From Macrostomum lignano (lineage: Eukaryota), in the NCBI GenBank assembly GCA_002269645.1, contig NIVC01001370.1:186001-250000 (forward strand): 64,000 nt of DNA. The letters are read 5' to 3'. The position numbers were made by a program, and so were the translations under genes. This document shows, piece by piece, positions 17,202 through 31,310 of the stretch (position 1 is the stretch's first letter; each line of letters starts with the position of its first letter). Below the pieces are notes generated by a model. The model saw only the letters and a program-made list of their open reading frames with translations. It did not search any database and was not told the DNA's origin.

Positions 17202-19649
17202 TTATTCAGCCGCACTCTGATCCTGGCCAGAGCCGGCACCGCCATCGCAGAGCCGCTCCCTGATGAGGTTGGCAAGCTGCACTCCGTACACGTGACAGTA
17301 CTCAGGCGGCAGGCCTGAAGCTGTCACAGTCTTCAAACCGGATTGGAGACTCTGCATCAGGCGGGCAATAGGCACAGGCTCCTTGTTGCCATAGGCGTCT
17401 TTGGGATCGTAGAGTTCGTCGCGTAGAGTTTTCCAGAACACGTTGACAGACAGGGTGTAGGTGACATTCAACACGGAGTGGAACCACATGGCCGGGATGT
17501 ACAGGACGTCGCCAGGAAGCAGGTCGCCAGTGAATGGCGTCGCTTTGGCGAAGTCGGGAAACTCGGCGGCGTCGTAATTGTCGGGATTGGCGACTCGACT
17601 CTTGTCGCCCACCTGTGAGGGCAGGGATTAATTGAGGCTGGCGATTCTCGGTGATAAATACACATACCAAATTTGATAGGTGACTTGATGAGGTTGAAGG
17701 GCGATTCTTGATGGGTTCAAGGGCGATTCTTGATGGGGTTTAAAGGCGATTCTTGATGGGGTTGAAGGGCGATTCTTGATGGGGTTTAAAGGCGATTCTT
17801 GATGGGTTCAAGGGCGATTCTTGATTGGGTTTAAAGGCGATTCTTGATGGGGTTTAAAGGCGATTCTTGATGAGGTTGAAGGGCGATTCTTGATGGGGTT
17901 TAAAGGCGATTCTTGATGGGGTTTAAAGGCGATTCTTGATGGGGTTTAAGGGCGATTCTTGATGGGTTCAAGGGCGATTCTTGATTGGGTTTAAAGGCGA
18001 TTCTTGATGGGGTTTAAGGGCGATTCTTGATGAGGTTGCAGGGCGATTCTTGATGGGGTTTAAAGGCGATTCTTGATGGGGTTCAAGGGCGATTCTTGAT
18101 GGGGTTCAAGGGCGATTCTTGATGGGGTTTAAGGGCGATTCTTGATGAGGTTGCAGGGCGATTCTTGATGGGGTTTAAAGGCGATTCTTGATGGGGTTCA
18201 AGGGCGATTCTTGATAAGGTGGAAGGGCGATTCTTGATGAGGTTGAAGGGCGATTCTTGATGGGTTTTAAGGGCGATTCTTGATGGGGTTTAAAGGCGAT
18301 TCTTGATGGGTTTTAAGGGCGATTCTTGATGGGGTTTAAGGGCGATTCTTGATGAGTTTTAAGCGCGTTTCTTGACGGGGTTCAAGGGCGATTATTGATT
18401 GGGTTTAAAGGCGATTCTTGATGAGGTTAAGGACGATATTTGATGAGGTTTAGGGCGACTCTTCACACTGTTCACTAATAGGCGTTAATAAGCAAGTAAT
18501 ATCACAGCGATCTCCATACCAGATACAGATGCTCAGCATCGTAGGGCGGATAAAGAGTTACGCGCTTGGTCCCGCAGACTCCGCACAGCAGGTTGTCCAT
18601 CACGTCGTAGTGCAGCCACAGGCGGAGGCCGGCGGAGGCTACACGCAGGACGGAGGAGAACTGCCGCTCTGACGGGTACAGCTGATCGGGCAGGCGCAAC
18701 TCAGGCGCCAGCTGCGGAAACTGGCGGGCCAGCTGGGCCGGCTCCGACCTGCTGTCGCCACCCAGAGCGCGCAGATAATACCTGGGATTGGGAGGCATGG
18801 GGCCAGGGTGAGCTGCGGCCCAGCAACTGAGGATCTGGGAGGCTGGCCCAGCAGCTGAGGATCTGGGAGGCTGGCCCAGCAACTGACACTCTGGGAGGCT
18901 GGCCCGGCAACTGAGGATCTGGGAGGCTGGCCCAGCAGCTGAGGATCTGGGAGGCTGGCCCAGCAACTGACACTCTGGGAGGCTGGCCCAGCAACTGACA
19001 CTCTGGGAGGCTGGCCCAGCAACTGAGGATCTAGGAGGCTGGCCCAGCAACTGAGGATCTGGGAGTCTGGCCCAGCAACTGAGGATCTAGGAGGCTGGCC
19101 CAGCAACTGAGGATCTGAGAGGCTGGCCCAGCAACTGGGGATCTGAGAGGCTGGCCCAGCAACTGAGGATCTGAGAGGCTGGCCCAGCAACTGAGGATCT
19201 GGGAGCCTGGCCTACCAACAAAGGATAGGGGAGGGTAGTGGCCCATCCCGAGATCCTAGACAGCAAGGACATAAAAGTACCGACCTCTCCTCAGGACACA
19301 GGAAGTACTCGCCCTCTGGCTGCACACTCCTGCTGGCCCGCTGCACCAGCTGAGCTAAGCTGACAGTCTTGTAGGCAAAATTCTTGGCAACAAAGTCCAG
19401 GTCGGCGTCCCGACTGACATGCACCTTGACGGGGCAGTCGACGAACTCGGCGAAGCGCTCTGGCTTCGGCCAGGTATCTACACAGGGACCCAGGCTGAGG
19501 CCGCGAATGATGCAGGGCATGCGGGCGGCCACAGCTTCCTCCAGCTGCACGGTCGCCAGCAAGCTTTCGTCGGGAATTTCGCCGCTGGCGTCGACCGCGT
19601 TGCCGTCTTTTGGCTTTGGCGACACGTCTACGATGCGCAGTTTGACCAT
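17202..19649 (-). CDS. TYW5: tRNA wybutosine-synthesizing protein 5 (JmjC hydroxylase), ~345 aa. Exons 19649-19285, 18781-18520, 17612-17202
   Basis: [14 protein letters not shown]...[61 protein letters not shown] and [12 protein letters not shown] match human TYW5. HxD...H metal triad intact; phases 2,0. Confidence 0.95.
17680..18455. repeat. 22-23-bp minisatellite in TYW5 intron 2 (core AGAATCGCCC on the minus strand)
   Basis: ggcgattcttgatggggtttaaa repeated ~33 times. Confidence 0.93.
18815..19212. repeat. 28-bp minisatellite, family A (copy 3), TYW5 intron 1
   Basis: Same unit as 9075 and 13465. Confidence 0.95.
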
Positions 19650-19744
19650 TGGAGGCGCGCATGAATAAGGGGCGCTTTGTGTAGTAGCTGATGGGCCTTG
19701 CTGTAGGACAGAGTAGGTTGAAGCTGCATGCGGATAAGGACACT

Positions 19745-19749
19745 GGATC

Positions 19750-19780
<31 letters not shown>

Positions 19781-20345
19781 GGATGGATAGATAGATAGAT
19801 GGATGGATAGATAGATGGATGAATGGATGGATGGATGGATGGATGGATGGATGGATGGATGGATAGATAGATAGATGGATGGATGGATAGATGGATGAAT
19901 GGATGGATGGATGGATAGATGGATGGATGGATGGATGGATGGATAGATGGATGGATGGATGGATGGATAGATGGATGGATGGATAGATGGATGGATAGAT
20001 GGATGGATAGATGGATGGATAGATGGATGGATGGATGGATAGATGGATAGATGGATAGATGGATGGATGGATGGATGGATGGATAGATATATGGATGGAT
20101 AGATGGATGGATAGGTGGATAGATGGATGGATGGATGGATGGATAAATGGATGGATAGATGGATAGATGGATGGATGGATAGATGGATGGATAGGTGGAT
20201 AGATGGATGGATGGATGGATAGATGGATGGATGGATAGATGGGTAGATGGATGGATGGATAGATAGATGGATGGATGGATGGATGGATGGATGGATGGAT
20301 AGATAGATGGGTGGATGGATGGATGGATGGATGGATGGATAGATG
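19745..20345. repeat. (ATGG/ATAG)n microsatellite ~100 bp upstream of the TYW5 ATG
   Basis: Direct reading. Confidence 0.95.
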
Positions 20346-21344
20346 AAATTTATTGCATAAATCTGAAAGAAATTTATAAAACAAAGTCACCAGTAGATCT
20401 TCAATGAGAGCGGTATAAACTGTTTCTTAATATAGTTATTATTAGCACAAAAGTCGTTAAAAAGAGATTGGAAGTCAGTAACGGAAGAGCTGAAACAAAG
20501 TACATGTAAAAATGAAAACAAGCTGAAAATTCAAAGCACAGATAAACAGTTTTGGCTGCAAACGAAACACTGCTGAAAGATATTCTGTTCGATAAAAATG
20601 GAATCAAATTGGTTGCAGCTAACCACAGATACTAGAATAACTAGATGGTCCACTCTGGCATATATACTTGGCAGAACAGCTTTCTACTTTCAGTTCAGTA
20701 GCAAAGAAGAATACATAAGCTATTTTATAAGAATAAGGCAGCTGAGATGACTTCGATAAGTTTAGAAGCCCAACCTTGCAGACGTAAACAGCTTGCTAAT
20801 TGGTTCAGCCAAAATGTACATTAGCCACTGAAATGTACAAGGCAGAATTAGGCTAGAACAACCAAAGAAAGTAATAAAACTAGGTCGCGGGCCGGGGGTA
20901 GAGGTTCTATGAAGAGTTTGAGGGTTTAATAGCTTGGGGGGGGGTAAGAGCCAATAAATTAAGCTTTGCCTTTAAAAATACATTAAAATGCTTCTGTTTA
21001 ACTTACTACTGAACTGAAAGTAGCTGGCACGCAAATGTGCCGAGTGGCCCATCTAGCTATTCTAGTAGCTGTGCAGCTAACATATTGTGCACAATCAATC
21101 AAAAGCAATCACAGATGGATAAAAGGGCACTATATTATAATTATTTCTTGTGCTCCACCAAAAACTCTAACAGAGATTTCTTAATGAAAGAAGTATCTAA
21201 TGTAAATAGGCGTGTACAAAAAGAGAAAAAAAATGAAAAGCAGGATAGAAAACGTGTGCCCTTGTAGTACTTTTTTTTAAAATGAAGAAAACCAATAATA
21301 TATGAATAACGGTTCAGAATCATAGAAGTGCTGTGTAATGTCTG

Positions 21345-22830
21345 GTGGCGGACACAGGCAGCGCACTGAAGGAGCTGGGGGAGGCGGGAGCGGAGACAGG
21401 CAGCGCACTGAAGGAGCTGGGGGAGGCGGGAGCGGAGACAGGCAGCGCACTGAAGGAGCTGGGGGGAGGCGGGAGCGGAGACAGACAGCGCACTGAAGGA
21501 GCTGGGGGGAGGCGGGAGCGGAGACAGGCAGCGCACTGAAGGAGCTGGGGGAGGCGGGAGCGGAGACAGACAGCACACTGAAGGAGCTGGGGGGAGGCGG
21601 GAGCGGAGACAGGCAGCGCACTGAAGGAGCTGGGGGAGGCGGGAGCGGAGACAGGCAGCGCACTGAAGGAGCTGGGGGAGGCGGGAGCGGACACAGGCAG
21701 CGCACTGAAGGAGCTGGGGGAGGCGGGAGCGGAGACAGGCAGCGCACTGAAGGAGCTGGGGGAGGCGGGAGCGGAGACAGGCAGCGCACTGAAGGAGCTG
21801 GGGGAGGCGGGAGCGGAGACAGGCAGCGCACTGAAGGAGCTGGGGGAGGCGGGAGCGGAGACAGGCAGCGCACTGAAGGAGCTGGGGGAGACAGGAGCGG
21901 ACACAGGCAGCGCACTGAAGGAGCTGGGGAGGGGGGAGGCGGGAGCGCACACAGGCAGCGCACTGAAGGAGCTGGGGGGAGGCGGGAGCGGAGACAGGCA
22001 GCGCACTGAAGGAGCTGGGGGGAGGCGGGAGCGGAGACAGGCAGCGCACTGAAGGAGCTGGGGGGAGGCGGGAGCGGAGACAGGCAGCGCACTGAAGGAG
22101 CTGGGGGGAGGCGGGAGCGGAGACAGGCAGCGCACTGAAGGAGCTGGGGGAGACAGGAGCGGACACAGGCAGCGCACTGAAGGAGCTGGGGGGGGCGGGA
22201 GCGCACACAGGCAGCGCACTGAAGGAGCTGGGGGGGGGGGCGGGAGCGCACACAGGCAGCGCACTGAAGGAGCTGGGGGAGACAGGAGCGCACACAGGCA
22301 GCGCACTGAAGGAGCTGGGGGGGGGGCGGGAGCGCACACAGGCAGCGCACTGAAGGAGCTGGGGGAGACAGGAGCGGACACAGGCAGCGCACTGAAGGAG
22401 CTGGGGGGGGCGGGAGCGCACACAGGCAGCGCACTGAAGGAGCTGGGGGAGACAGGAGCGCACACAGGCAGCGCACTGAAGGAGCTGGGGGGAGGGCGGG
22501 AGCGCACACAGGCAGCGCACTGAAGGAGCTGGGGGAGACAGGAGCGCACACAGGCAGCGCACTGAAGGAGCTGGGGGGGGGGGGGAGCGCACACAGGCAG
22601 CGCACTGAAGGAGCTGGGGGAGACAGGAGCGGACACAGGCAGCGCACTGAAGGAGCTGGGGGGGGCGGGAGCGCACACAGGCAGCGCACTGAAGGAGCTG
22701 GGGGAGACAGGAGCGCACACAGGCAGCGCACTGAAGGAGCTGGGGGGAGGCGGGAGCGCACACAGGCAGCGCACTGAAGGAGCCGGGGGAGGCGGGAGCG
22801 CACACAGGCAGCGCACTAAAGGAGCTGGGA
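21345..22830. repeat. ~42-bp G-rich tandem repeat with variable G-run
   Basis: gacaggcagcgcactgaaggagctgggggaggcgggagcgga, ~35 copies. Confidence 0.95.
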
Positions 22831-23399
22831 GGGGAGCTTAGTAAAATGAATGGAAGTGAGTTTTCAAAAGATGGAAGCATATTAATAAGGTGACAAATGA
22901 TATGATGCAGCTGAAAGGCGATTCGCAGTGTCACTGCAATCACGATGATAAATATATGAAGTATAAAGCACCGAAGAGTAAGATGAAGCGCATCACAAAA
23001 ACTGGTAAAAAAGAGAAAAGTTTCTCAAAAAACGCGTCGTAAAAGAACTGATTAAATTGGCTAAACACAACTGTGCAGTGCTTTGATTTTTGCACAATAT
23101 ATTTGCAAAATAAGCCTACTGTCAGTAGTAAGCGGTGTGTACAGATAAGCAAATATATTGGCTTGTTGATCAGCTTATTGTAATTTTATCATATAAGTCT
23201 GATTGCAGGCAAGATAAACATACGCGTACTAAAGTCAGGTGAGAGATCATTGAAAAAGTGCGGTAAGCTTTATAAAATAGCCAATAGGTATGCTGGAAAG
23301 ATTCTATTCCGAAAAAAGGTAAGAGAAATCAACATAGTATAAACAATAAAGAGTTGTTGTGTTTTCACAAAGAGCAATTCAGAAGTCAAATAAGAAATC

Positions 23400-23845
23400 T
23401 TAAGGGGAGAGAAGAAGGGAGAGAGGAGAGAAGAGGGGGGAGAGAGAGGAGAGAAAAGAGAAAAGAGAAGATAGAGCATATGAGATGAGAGAAGGGATGA
23501 AAGAGGGGGGGAAGAGAGGAGATAAGGGAGAAGAGAGGAGAGAAGAGGGAAGAGAAGAGAAAAGAGAGAAGAGAGGAGAATGGAGAGAAGATAGGAGAGA
23601 AGAGGGGAGAGAAGAGAGAGGAGAGGAGAGAAGATAGGAGAGAAGAGGGAAGAGAATAGAAAAGAGAGAAGAGAGGAGAGAAGAAAGGAGAATGGAGAGA
23701 AGAGAGGAGAGAAGATAGGAGAGAGGAGAGAAGATAGGAGAGAAGAGGGAAGAGAAGAGAAAAGAGAGAAGGGAGGAGAATGGAGAGAAGATAGGAGAGA
23801 AGAGGGAAGAGAGGAGAGAAGAGAGGAGAGGAGAGGAGAGAGCTG
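23400..23845. repeat. AG-rich low-complexity tract
   Basis: Direct reading. Confidence 0.9.
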
Positions 23846-24069
23846 AGAAAAGACAAATCTTAGCGGACCGGATTGCTATTGTGAGAAGTTTCAAAGGACC
23901 CGAGGGCCGGATATAGAGGCTTCGTGGGCGGGAGTTTGCGGGAAGGTCAAAGGGCGGGAGAGTCTAAAGAAATCTGCCATGGAAGAGCTAGACTGGAAGA
24001 CAGACGGGAGCAGTTCCAAAAAAGCCAACAGGAGGATAAGGAGATTCTGGGCACCACTATTGCAGCTGC

Positions 24070-24783
24070 TCAAGGTACGTAGGCAGGAGGCGGCAGCAGT
24101 TCAGCGGCTGACACAGCATAGTAGCCAGGCGGACTCGGCGGCTCCATCCGCATTGACAAACTCGCTGGAGACGAAGGACCGTCCAGCACAACAAGGCCTC
24201 GGCCAGACGGGTCCAGCGCAATGCGACTATCGTGTCTGCACAGCTGCCTGGCGCACAATAGGCAACAAGCAAACGCGGCGCCAAATTCTAGGGCGCCAAT
24301 TAGCAAAGTTAGCGCGCCAACAATGATTTCAGCTGATAAAGATCGTTGACTAGCCCAGTGTAGAGTGGCCGAACTACTAACAAGTAGTACAACACCGGCT
24401 AGGCAAGCCAGCTGGCACAGGACAAACAGGCCCAGTACTGTGCAGTAGGTTTTCCGCCGGCTAGCCACAATACCGTGGACGGCTACGCACACGATAAAGA
24501 TGGCAGCCGCCGCTTCGCTGCAAATTCCCACTATGCCTATGCTATTCCGACTGCTACTGCTGCTATTAGTAGAGGAGAACGCTTGAACTCCGCACAGGAT
24601 TAGTGCGGCAACGGCGCATAGGCCTTGGATTAGCGACAGTATGAAGATTGTCTCGTTCCTGGGGCGGCAGCCGCGTCCGCGGCGTCGGCGACGGCGATAA
24701 CTGATGCTGAGCGACTGCAGCTGGCCCGGGTGCCGCCGCCGCTGCTGGTGGTCGGCGTCGCCAGGCGGCGAATCTGCGGCCAT
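24070..24783 (-). CDS. single-exon 237-aa four-transmembrane protein (MS4A/CD20- or TMEM196-like topology) with C-terminal PY motifs
   Basis: Four hydrophobic segments (TIFILSLIQGLCAVAALILCGV; IVGICSEAAAAIFIVCVAVHGIVA; CTVLGLFVLCQLACLAGVVLLV; IIVGALTLLIGALEFGAAFACCLLC), a basic RRK loop, and a tail with PPGY and PPPAY. GC-rich coding-like composition. Confidence 0.75.
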   Translation of the reverse strand: MAADSPPGDADHQQRRRHPGQLQSLSISYRRRRRRGRGCRPRNETIFILSLIQGLCAVAALILCGVQAFSSTNSSSSSRNSIGIVGICSEAAAAIFIVCVAVHGIVASRRKTYCTVLGLFVLCQLACLAGVVLLVSSSATLHWASQRSLSAEIIVGALTLLIGALEFGAAFACCLLCARQLCRHDSRIALDPSGRGLVVLDGPSSPASLSMRMEPPSPPGYYAVSAAELLPPPAYVP

Positions 24784-25099
24784 AGAGCTGGCCCGGGATT
24801 GTTCCGTCTGACTTTAATAGGAATTTCAGGCCGCCGATTGTCTGCTGGAAATTTATAGTGGGAACAGGGCGGATTATGGTTCGATTGTCAGCGATGTAGG
24901 ATACAGCTCTTAGTGTGATCCTGATGGCCTAGCCTAGATATTTATGGCACTTTTTTGTAACTAGATACTGGATTCAAGGTCTCAAAATCTAAACTGCTGG
25001 GTTTAGGATAGATGAATAGATAGATAGTTAGGCAGATACATAGATTCCCACTATCTATCTATAATAATAAATAGATAGATAAATAAATAGACACAAGTA

Positions 25100-26060
<961 letters not shown>

Positions 26061-26849
26061 ATTTATTTCAAAGGCTTGTTTGTCTAGTACAAACTCTGAA
26101 CAATAAAATATAAAAAAGACGTCTTACCCAGAAGTCTATCAGATTTAATTTCAGTCTATTGTACAAAACGGAATTAAGGCAGATTAACGGTAGGTTCGCT
26201 GTATTAAGATTTTGTAACAGAAACTGCTCGGTCAAAAGAATTCTGTAATAGCAAGTGGCGGCGCACAGAAAATGCGGAGGAGAGGCGCCGAGTGAGAGGC
26301 TGAATAAATATTGGAGGCTTACAGGTCTGCGCGAAACTAATGGCCAGTCGGGAAAGAGGGAAAGGGCATGGGCAGGTTCAAGAAAGTTGCTGGGCGGATG
26401 GGTGGGAACTGTTAGCTGAAAAACAAGAACCTGGACCCGTTGTCAGTCAGAGCGCTTGGGAAAAGTTCCCCTCGATCACAAAATATCTCTTTCTGATATA
26501 GTGCATCTGCCGAACCCCCCGCTGGTAGAAGAAAAGAGTGTACGAGCGTATTTTGGATCTAAGCCAGAGCTACTGACTGAAGAGCGCACTCGAGGGTGCA
26601 ACAGAAATAACTTTTGACTTACACTTTTAACCTCCCACCCCCCCCGCCTCTCGAACACCGTGCCTGTCTTAAGCGATGAATTCTAAGATAACAAATAATT
26701 ACAGTATAGTTTAGTTGGTGAAGTGAAGTGCACACGCTGGATACGATTGTTACTGCACAGTGTTCAAATAAAATCTAGCATTTGCTTTGAATGTCACGAG
26801 CACGAGTGTCCTATGCTATCATTATCGTAACACGAACTGTTTTGGTCTA

Positions 26850-27745
26850 TGATCTACCTGACATCATTATCTCACACCTGACATCAAATCTCACACCTGA
26901 CATCAAATCTCACACCTGACATCAAATCTCACACCTGACATCATCATCCATCTCACACCTGACATCATTATCCATCTCACACCTGACATCATTATCTATG
27001 ATCTACCTGACATCATTACCTATCATACACCTGACATTATTATCTATCTCACACCTGACATCACTATCTATCTCACACCTGACACCACTATCTATCTCAC
27101 ACATGACATCATTATCTGTCTCACACCCGACATCATTATCCATGATCTACCTGACATCATTACCTATCCTACATCTGACATCATTATCTATCCCACACCT
27201 GACATCATTATCTATCTTAAACCTGACATCATTATCTACCTCACACCTGACATCATTATCCATCTCACACCTGACATCATTATCTATCTTAAACCTGACA
27301 TCATTATCTATCTCACACCTGACATCATTATCTATCTTAAACCTGACATCATTATCCATCTCACACCTGACATCATTATCTATCTTAAACCTGACATCAT
27401 TATCTATCTCACACCTGACATCATTATCTATCTTAAACCTGACATCATTATCTATCTCACACCTGACATCATTATCTATCTTAAACCTGACATCATTATC
27501 TATCTCACACCTGACATCATTATCTACCTCACACCTGACATCATTATCTATCTCACACCTGACATCATTATCTACCTCACACCTGACATCATTATCTATC
27601 TCACACCTGACATCATTATCTATCCCACACCTGACATCATTATCTATCCCACACCTGACATCATTATCTACCTCACACCTGACATCATTATCTATCTCAC
27701 ACCTGACATCATTATCTACCTCACACCTGACATTATTATCTATTA
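26850..27745. repeat. 24-bp tandem repeat
   Basis: cacctgacatcattatctatctca and variants. Confidence 0.93.
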
Positions 27746-28434
27746 TTTACCTAGAACTAAATGTTCACTCTTACAAAAGAATAAAACTACAAATACAAAA
27801 AATAAAAAGGCATAATTATGAATTTATTATAAAGAAATTAGCGAGCAAACTCATTATGATACTAATAGTAATAAAACAGTTAGTATAAAAATCTAGCCAT
27901 ACAAAGCATATTATAAGCGCAATACTAGATGAACAAATTTATCATGTAAAACAGTAACATACTGTACTAATTTTACAGCATAATAAGTATAATCATAATA
28001 TTGCCTAACAAAATTAACAGCAGGTTTATCGCCACTTCACTTTTTCAAATCGCTAAAGAAATTAATCATAAAAAATTGATGTAGGTAAAAAGCTTCAATC
28101 TACAGTAATAATAATAATAGCATTCTGGATAATCCAAACAAACAACCCCAGAAAGGCCCATAAGCCCTTGATCTAGATAATATTCAGAATTTTGAAGCAT
28201 CCTGTGTGACCTCGCAGGCCCAAAAAAGCGAATGCAAAGTCTAAAATAGGAGACACGATAGCAACAGCTGCTCCCAAAGCTTTCGCCTGTCAAAAATAGA
28301 ACTGGAAAAAAGTTACACTGAGCAAAACTGGTCGGGAGGGGGGCGTCACTGTCCAAGCAGTTCCATAGAACTTTTTAATTGCACTGCAATAGTTTGCCAG
28401 GGATTAGAAAGGAATCCGGGTGCACTGGTGCCAG

Positions 28435-29157
28435 GAGAATCGCCCCTAGCTAGTTAATTGAGAATCGCCCCTAGCTGGTTAATTGAGAATCGCCCCTAGC
28501 TGGTTAATTGAGAATCGCCCCTAGCTGGTTAATTGAGAATCGCCCCTAGCTGGTTAATTGAGAATCGCCCCTAGCTGGCATGAGAATCGCCCCTAGCTGG
28601 TTAATTGAGAATCGCCCCTAGCCGGCATTGAGAATCGCCCCTAGTCGGCATTGAGAATCGCCCCTAGCCGGCATTGAGAATCGCCCCTAGTCGGTATTGA
28701 GAATCGCCCCTAGTCGGTATTGAGAATCGCCCCTAGCCGGCATTGAGAATCGCCCCTAGCTGGCATTGAGAATCGCCCCTAGCCGGCATTGAGAATCGCC
28801 CCTAGCCGGCATTGAGAATCGCCCCTAGCCGGCATTGAGAATCGCCCCTAGCCGGCATTGAGAATCGCCCCTAGCCGGCATTGAGAATCGCCCCTAGCCG
28901 GCATTGAGAATCGCCCCTAGCCGGCATTGAGAATCGCCCCTAGCCGGAATTGAGAATCGCCCCTAGCTGGCATTGAGAATCGCCCCTAGCCGGCATTGAG
29001 AATCGCCCCTAGCCGGCATTGAGAATCGCCCCTAGCCGGCATTGAGAATCGCCCCTAGCCGGCATTGAGAATCGCCCCTAGCTGGCATTGAGAATCGCCC
29101 CTAGCCGGCATTGAGAATCGCCCCTAGCCGGCATTGAGAATCGCCCCTAGCCGGCAT
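28435..29157. repeat. 23-bp minisatellite (core GAGAATCGCCC) starting ~10 bp after the MsrB stop
   Basis: gagaatcgcccctagccggcatt, ~31 copies. Confidence 0.95.
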
Positions 29158-29166
29158 AGAGCCCAG

Positions 29167-29592
29167 TCATTTTCCCTCGGCAGGCTTGAACCTGAGGCAC
29201 ACGCTGTTAATGCAGTACCTCTCCCCAGTTGGCGCTGGCCCGTCCTCAAACACGTGACCCAGGTGGGCGTCGCAGGACCGGCACACGACCTCAGTCCTCT
29301 GCATGCCGTGCGATCCGTCATCCCGCCGTTCTATTGGCCCGTCGGGCAGCTCAGCGGAGAAGGCGGGCCAGCCGCAGCCGGAGTTGAACTTAGCATCGGA
29401 AGAGAACAGCGGCTTTGAGCAGCAGACGCATTCGTACGTGCCCGGCTTAAAATGCTTGTCGTATTGACCGGAGTAGGCCGGCTCCGTGCCGCGTTGCCTA
29501 GCAACCCGATACGCTTCCGGCGATAATTGTTGCCGCCATTCGGCGTCAGTCTTCTGCTTTGGATCGCTGCTTTTGCTTTCGGAAGAGGACAT
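29167..29592 (-). CDS. MSRB: methionine-R-sulfoxide reductase MsrB, Zn-binding, Cys-type, intronless, 141 aa
   Basis: EWRQQLSPE...RGTEP, CVCC, KFNSGCGWPAF, RTEVVCRSCDAHLGHVFEDGPAPTGERYCINS. The catalytic codon is TGC. Confidence 0.97.
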   Translation of the reverse strand: MSSSESKSSDPKQKTDAEWRQQLSPEAYRVARQRGTEPAYSGQYDKHFKPGTYECVCCSKPLFSSDAKFNSGCGWPAFSAELPDGPIERRDDGSHGMQRTEVVCRSCDAHLGHVFEDGPAPTGERYCINSVCLRFKPAEGK

Positions 29593-30479
29593 ATTTTGTA
29601 GCTAAGCAGAAATCGAAATATTTTGATATGGGTAAACGGCGAGAGTAACATTGAATACAATCAGATAGACAAGAGCTTCGCCAGCTTATCAGACAAAAGT
29701 ACTACAAATTTGATGGAACAAGAGTTTCTATTCAGGGTAAACAGCGGGAGCAACTATGACTGCAATTAGATAGTCAAGTGCTTCGGCATATAAAGAGTAT
29801 CAGAAAATAATTTTTTGATGTCAGGGACAAATTTTTCCCAGGGATACTCGCTATCAAATCACTTACGGCTGGGTAAACAGCGCATACAGTTAGTTCACTG
29901 ACTACGCCTGTATCTAGAAAATGATTAATTAATCGAAAAAAACCCAAAAAAAGATGCTCCTAAGAGATGCACAAACTACACCAACATATATTTAAAGACA
30001 GTTATAAACACGAATTAGGACACGAAAAAATTAGCTCGTAAATAAACAAATGCAGCTACTCGGCAGTAGCATGAACAGATTTTTCACTACTAATTTCGAC
30101 AATTACTAGAAAAAATATGTGAACACGCATAAATGTGAAATTAGTGCAATCGTGTTTCTTTTTTAGTTGGCAAAGGAAGCTTAATGCACAAAGGTTACAA
30201 ATGCTTATTTACTGTGTTGCTGATTGTAGCAAAACAAAGTTAAAATGCAACTCGGAAATTATATGAAAGTAATAGTAAAAAGATATTTGTCCTTACCGAA
30301 CATCCAAAAAGTAATTCATTTTCGACGTACAATGACACAAAATACAAAAAGGAAAATTCCATACTGTATATAAAAATCAGGACTAATTAGCGACAAAACA
30401 ACTCGCAACAAAAACAATATATAGCTGTTTATGAATCAACGAATAAAATTTGACAGTATTTTCCATTTCGGTTTGTCTT

Positions 30480-31185
30480 AGATCTAGCCGCCGCCACCAC
30501 TATCAATACTGACTAGCTTTTGATCTAGCCGCTATCATTATCAATACTGGCTAGTCTTTGATCTAGCCACCCCTATCATTATCAATCTGGCTAGTCTTTG
30601 ATCTAGCCGCCGCTATCATTATCAATACTGGCTAGTCTTTGATCTAGCCGCCGCTATCATTATCAATACTGGCTAGTCTTTGATCTAGCCACCCCTATCA
30701 TTATCAATCTGGCTAGTCTTTGATCTAGCCGCCGCTATCATTATCAATACTGGCTAGTCTTTGATCTAGCCGCCGCCATCGCTATCAATACTAGCTAGTA
30801 TTTTGATCTAGCCGCCGCTATCACTATCAATACTGGCTAGTCTTTGATCTAGCCGCCCCTATCATTATCAATCTGGCTAGTCTTTGATCTAGCCGCTGCT
30901 GTCACTATCAATAGTGGCTAGTCCTTGATCTAGCCGCCCCTTTTATTATCAATACTGGCTAGTCTTTGATCTAGCCGCTGCTGTCACTATCAATAGCGGC
31001 TAGTCCTTGATCTAGCCGCCCCTTTTATTATCAATACTGGCTAGTCTTTGATCTAGCCGCTGCTGTCACTATCAATACTGGCTAGTCTTTGATCTAGCCG
31101 CCCCTTTTATTATCACTACTGGCTAGTCTTTGATCTAGCCGCCCCTATAATTATCAATACTGGCTAGTCTTTGATCTAGCCACTA
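30480..31185. repeat. 41-bp tandem repeat with internal inverted repeat CTAGCC...GGCTAG
   Basis: gatctagccgccgctatcattatcaatactggctagtcttt, ~17 copies. Confidence 0.93.
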
Positions 31186-31310
31186 CTACTACCATAAAAT
31201 CTGCCTTTAATCTCACGGCTGCTACCATTAACTCACAAAGGGACAATCCGCGATACAATTTAAAGTACATTCAAAACTGCCAGAGTTTATAAACTCCATG
31301 CAACTCAGAG

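Noticed and set aside
20345-20362. Possible spliced-leader RNA gene (aatttattgcat)
   Set aside because: Short match only, not followed by G-GT or an Sm site; chance similarity.
21141-22943. 500-600-aa Cys/Pro-rich ORFs (LQCAACLRS)
   Set aside because: All three minus frames are open and the frame shifts with G-run length; satellite artefact.
29167-29592. MsrB as a bacterial horizontal transfer or a selenoprotein
   Set aside because: Intronless and similar to E. coli MsrB, but GCGWPAF and RYCINS also occur in invertebrate MsrB and the composition matches neighbouring exons, so only a phylogeny could support HGT. The catalytic codon is TGC, not TGA.
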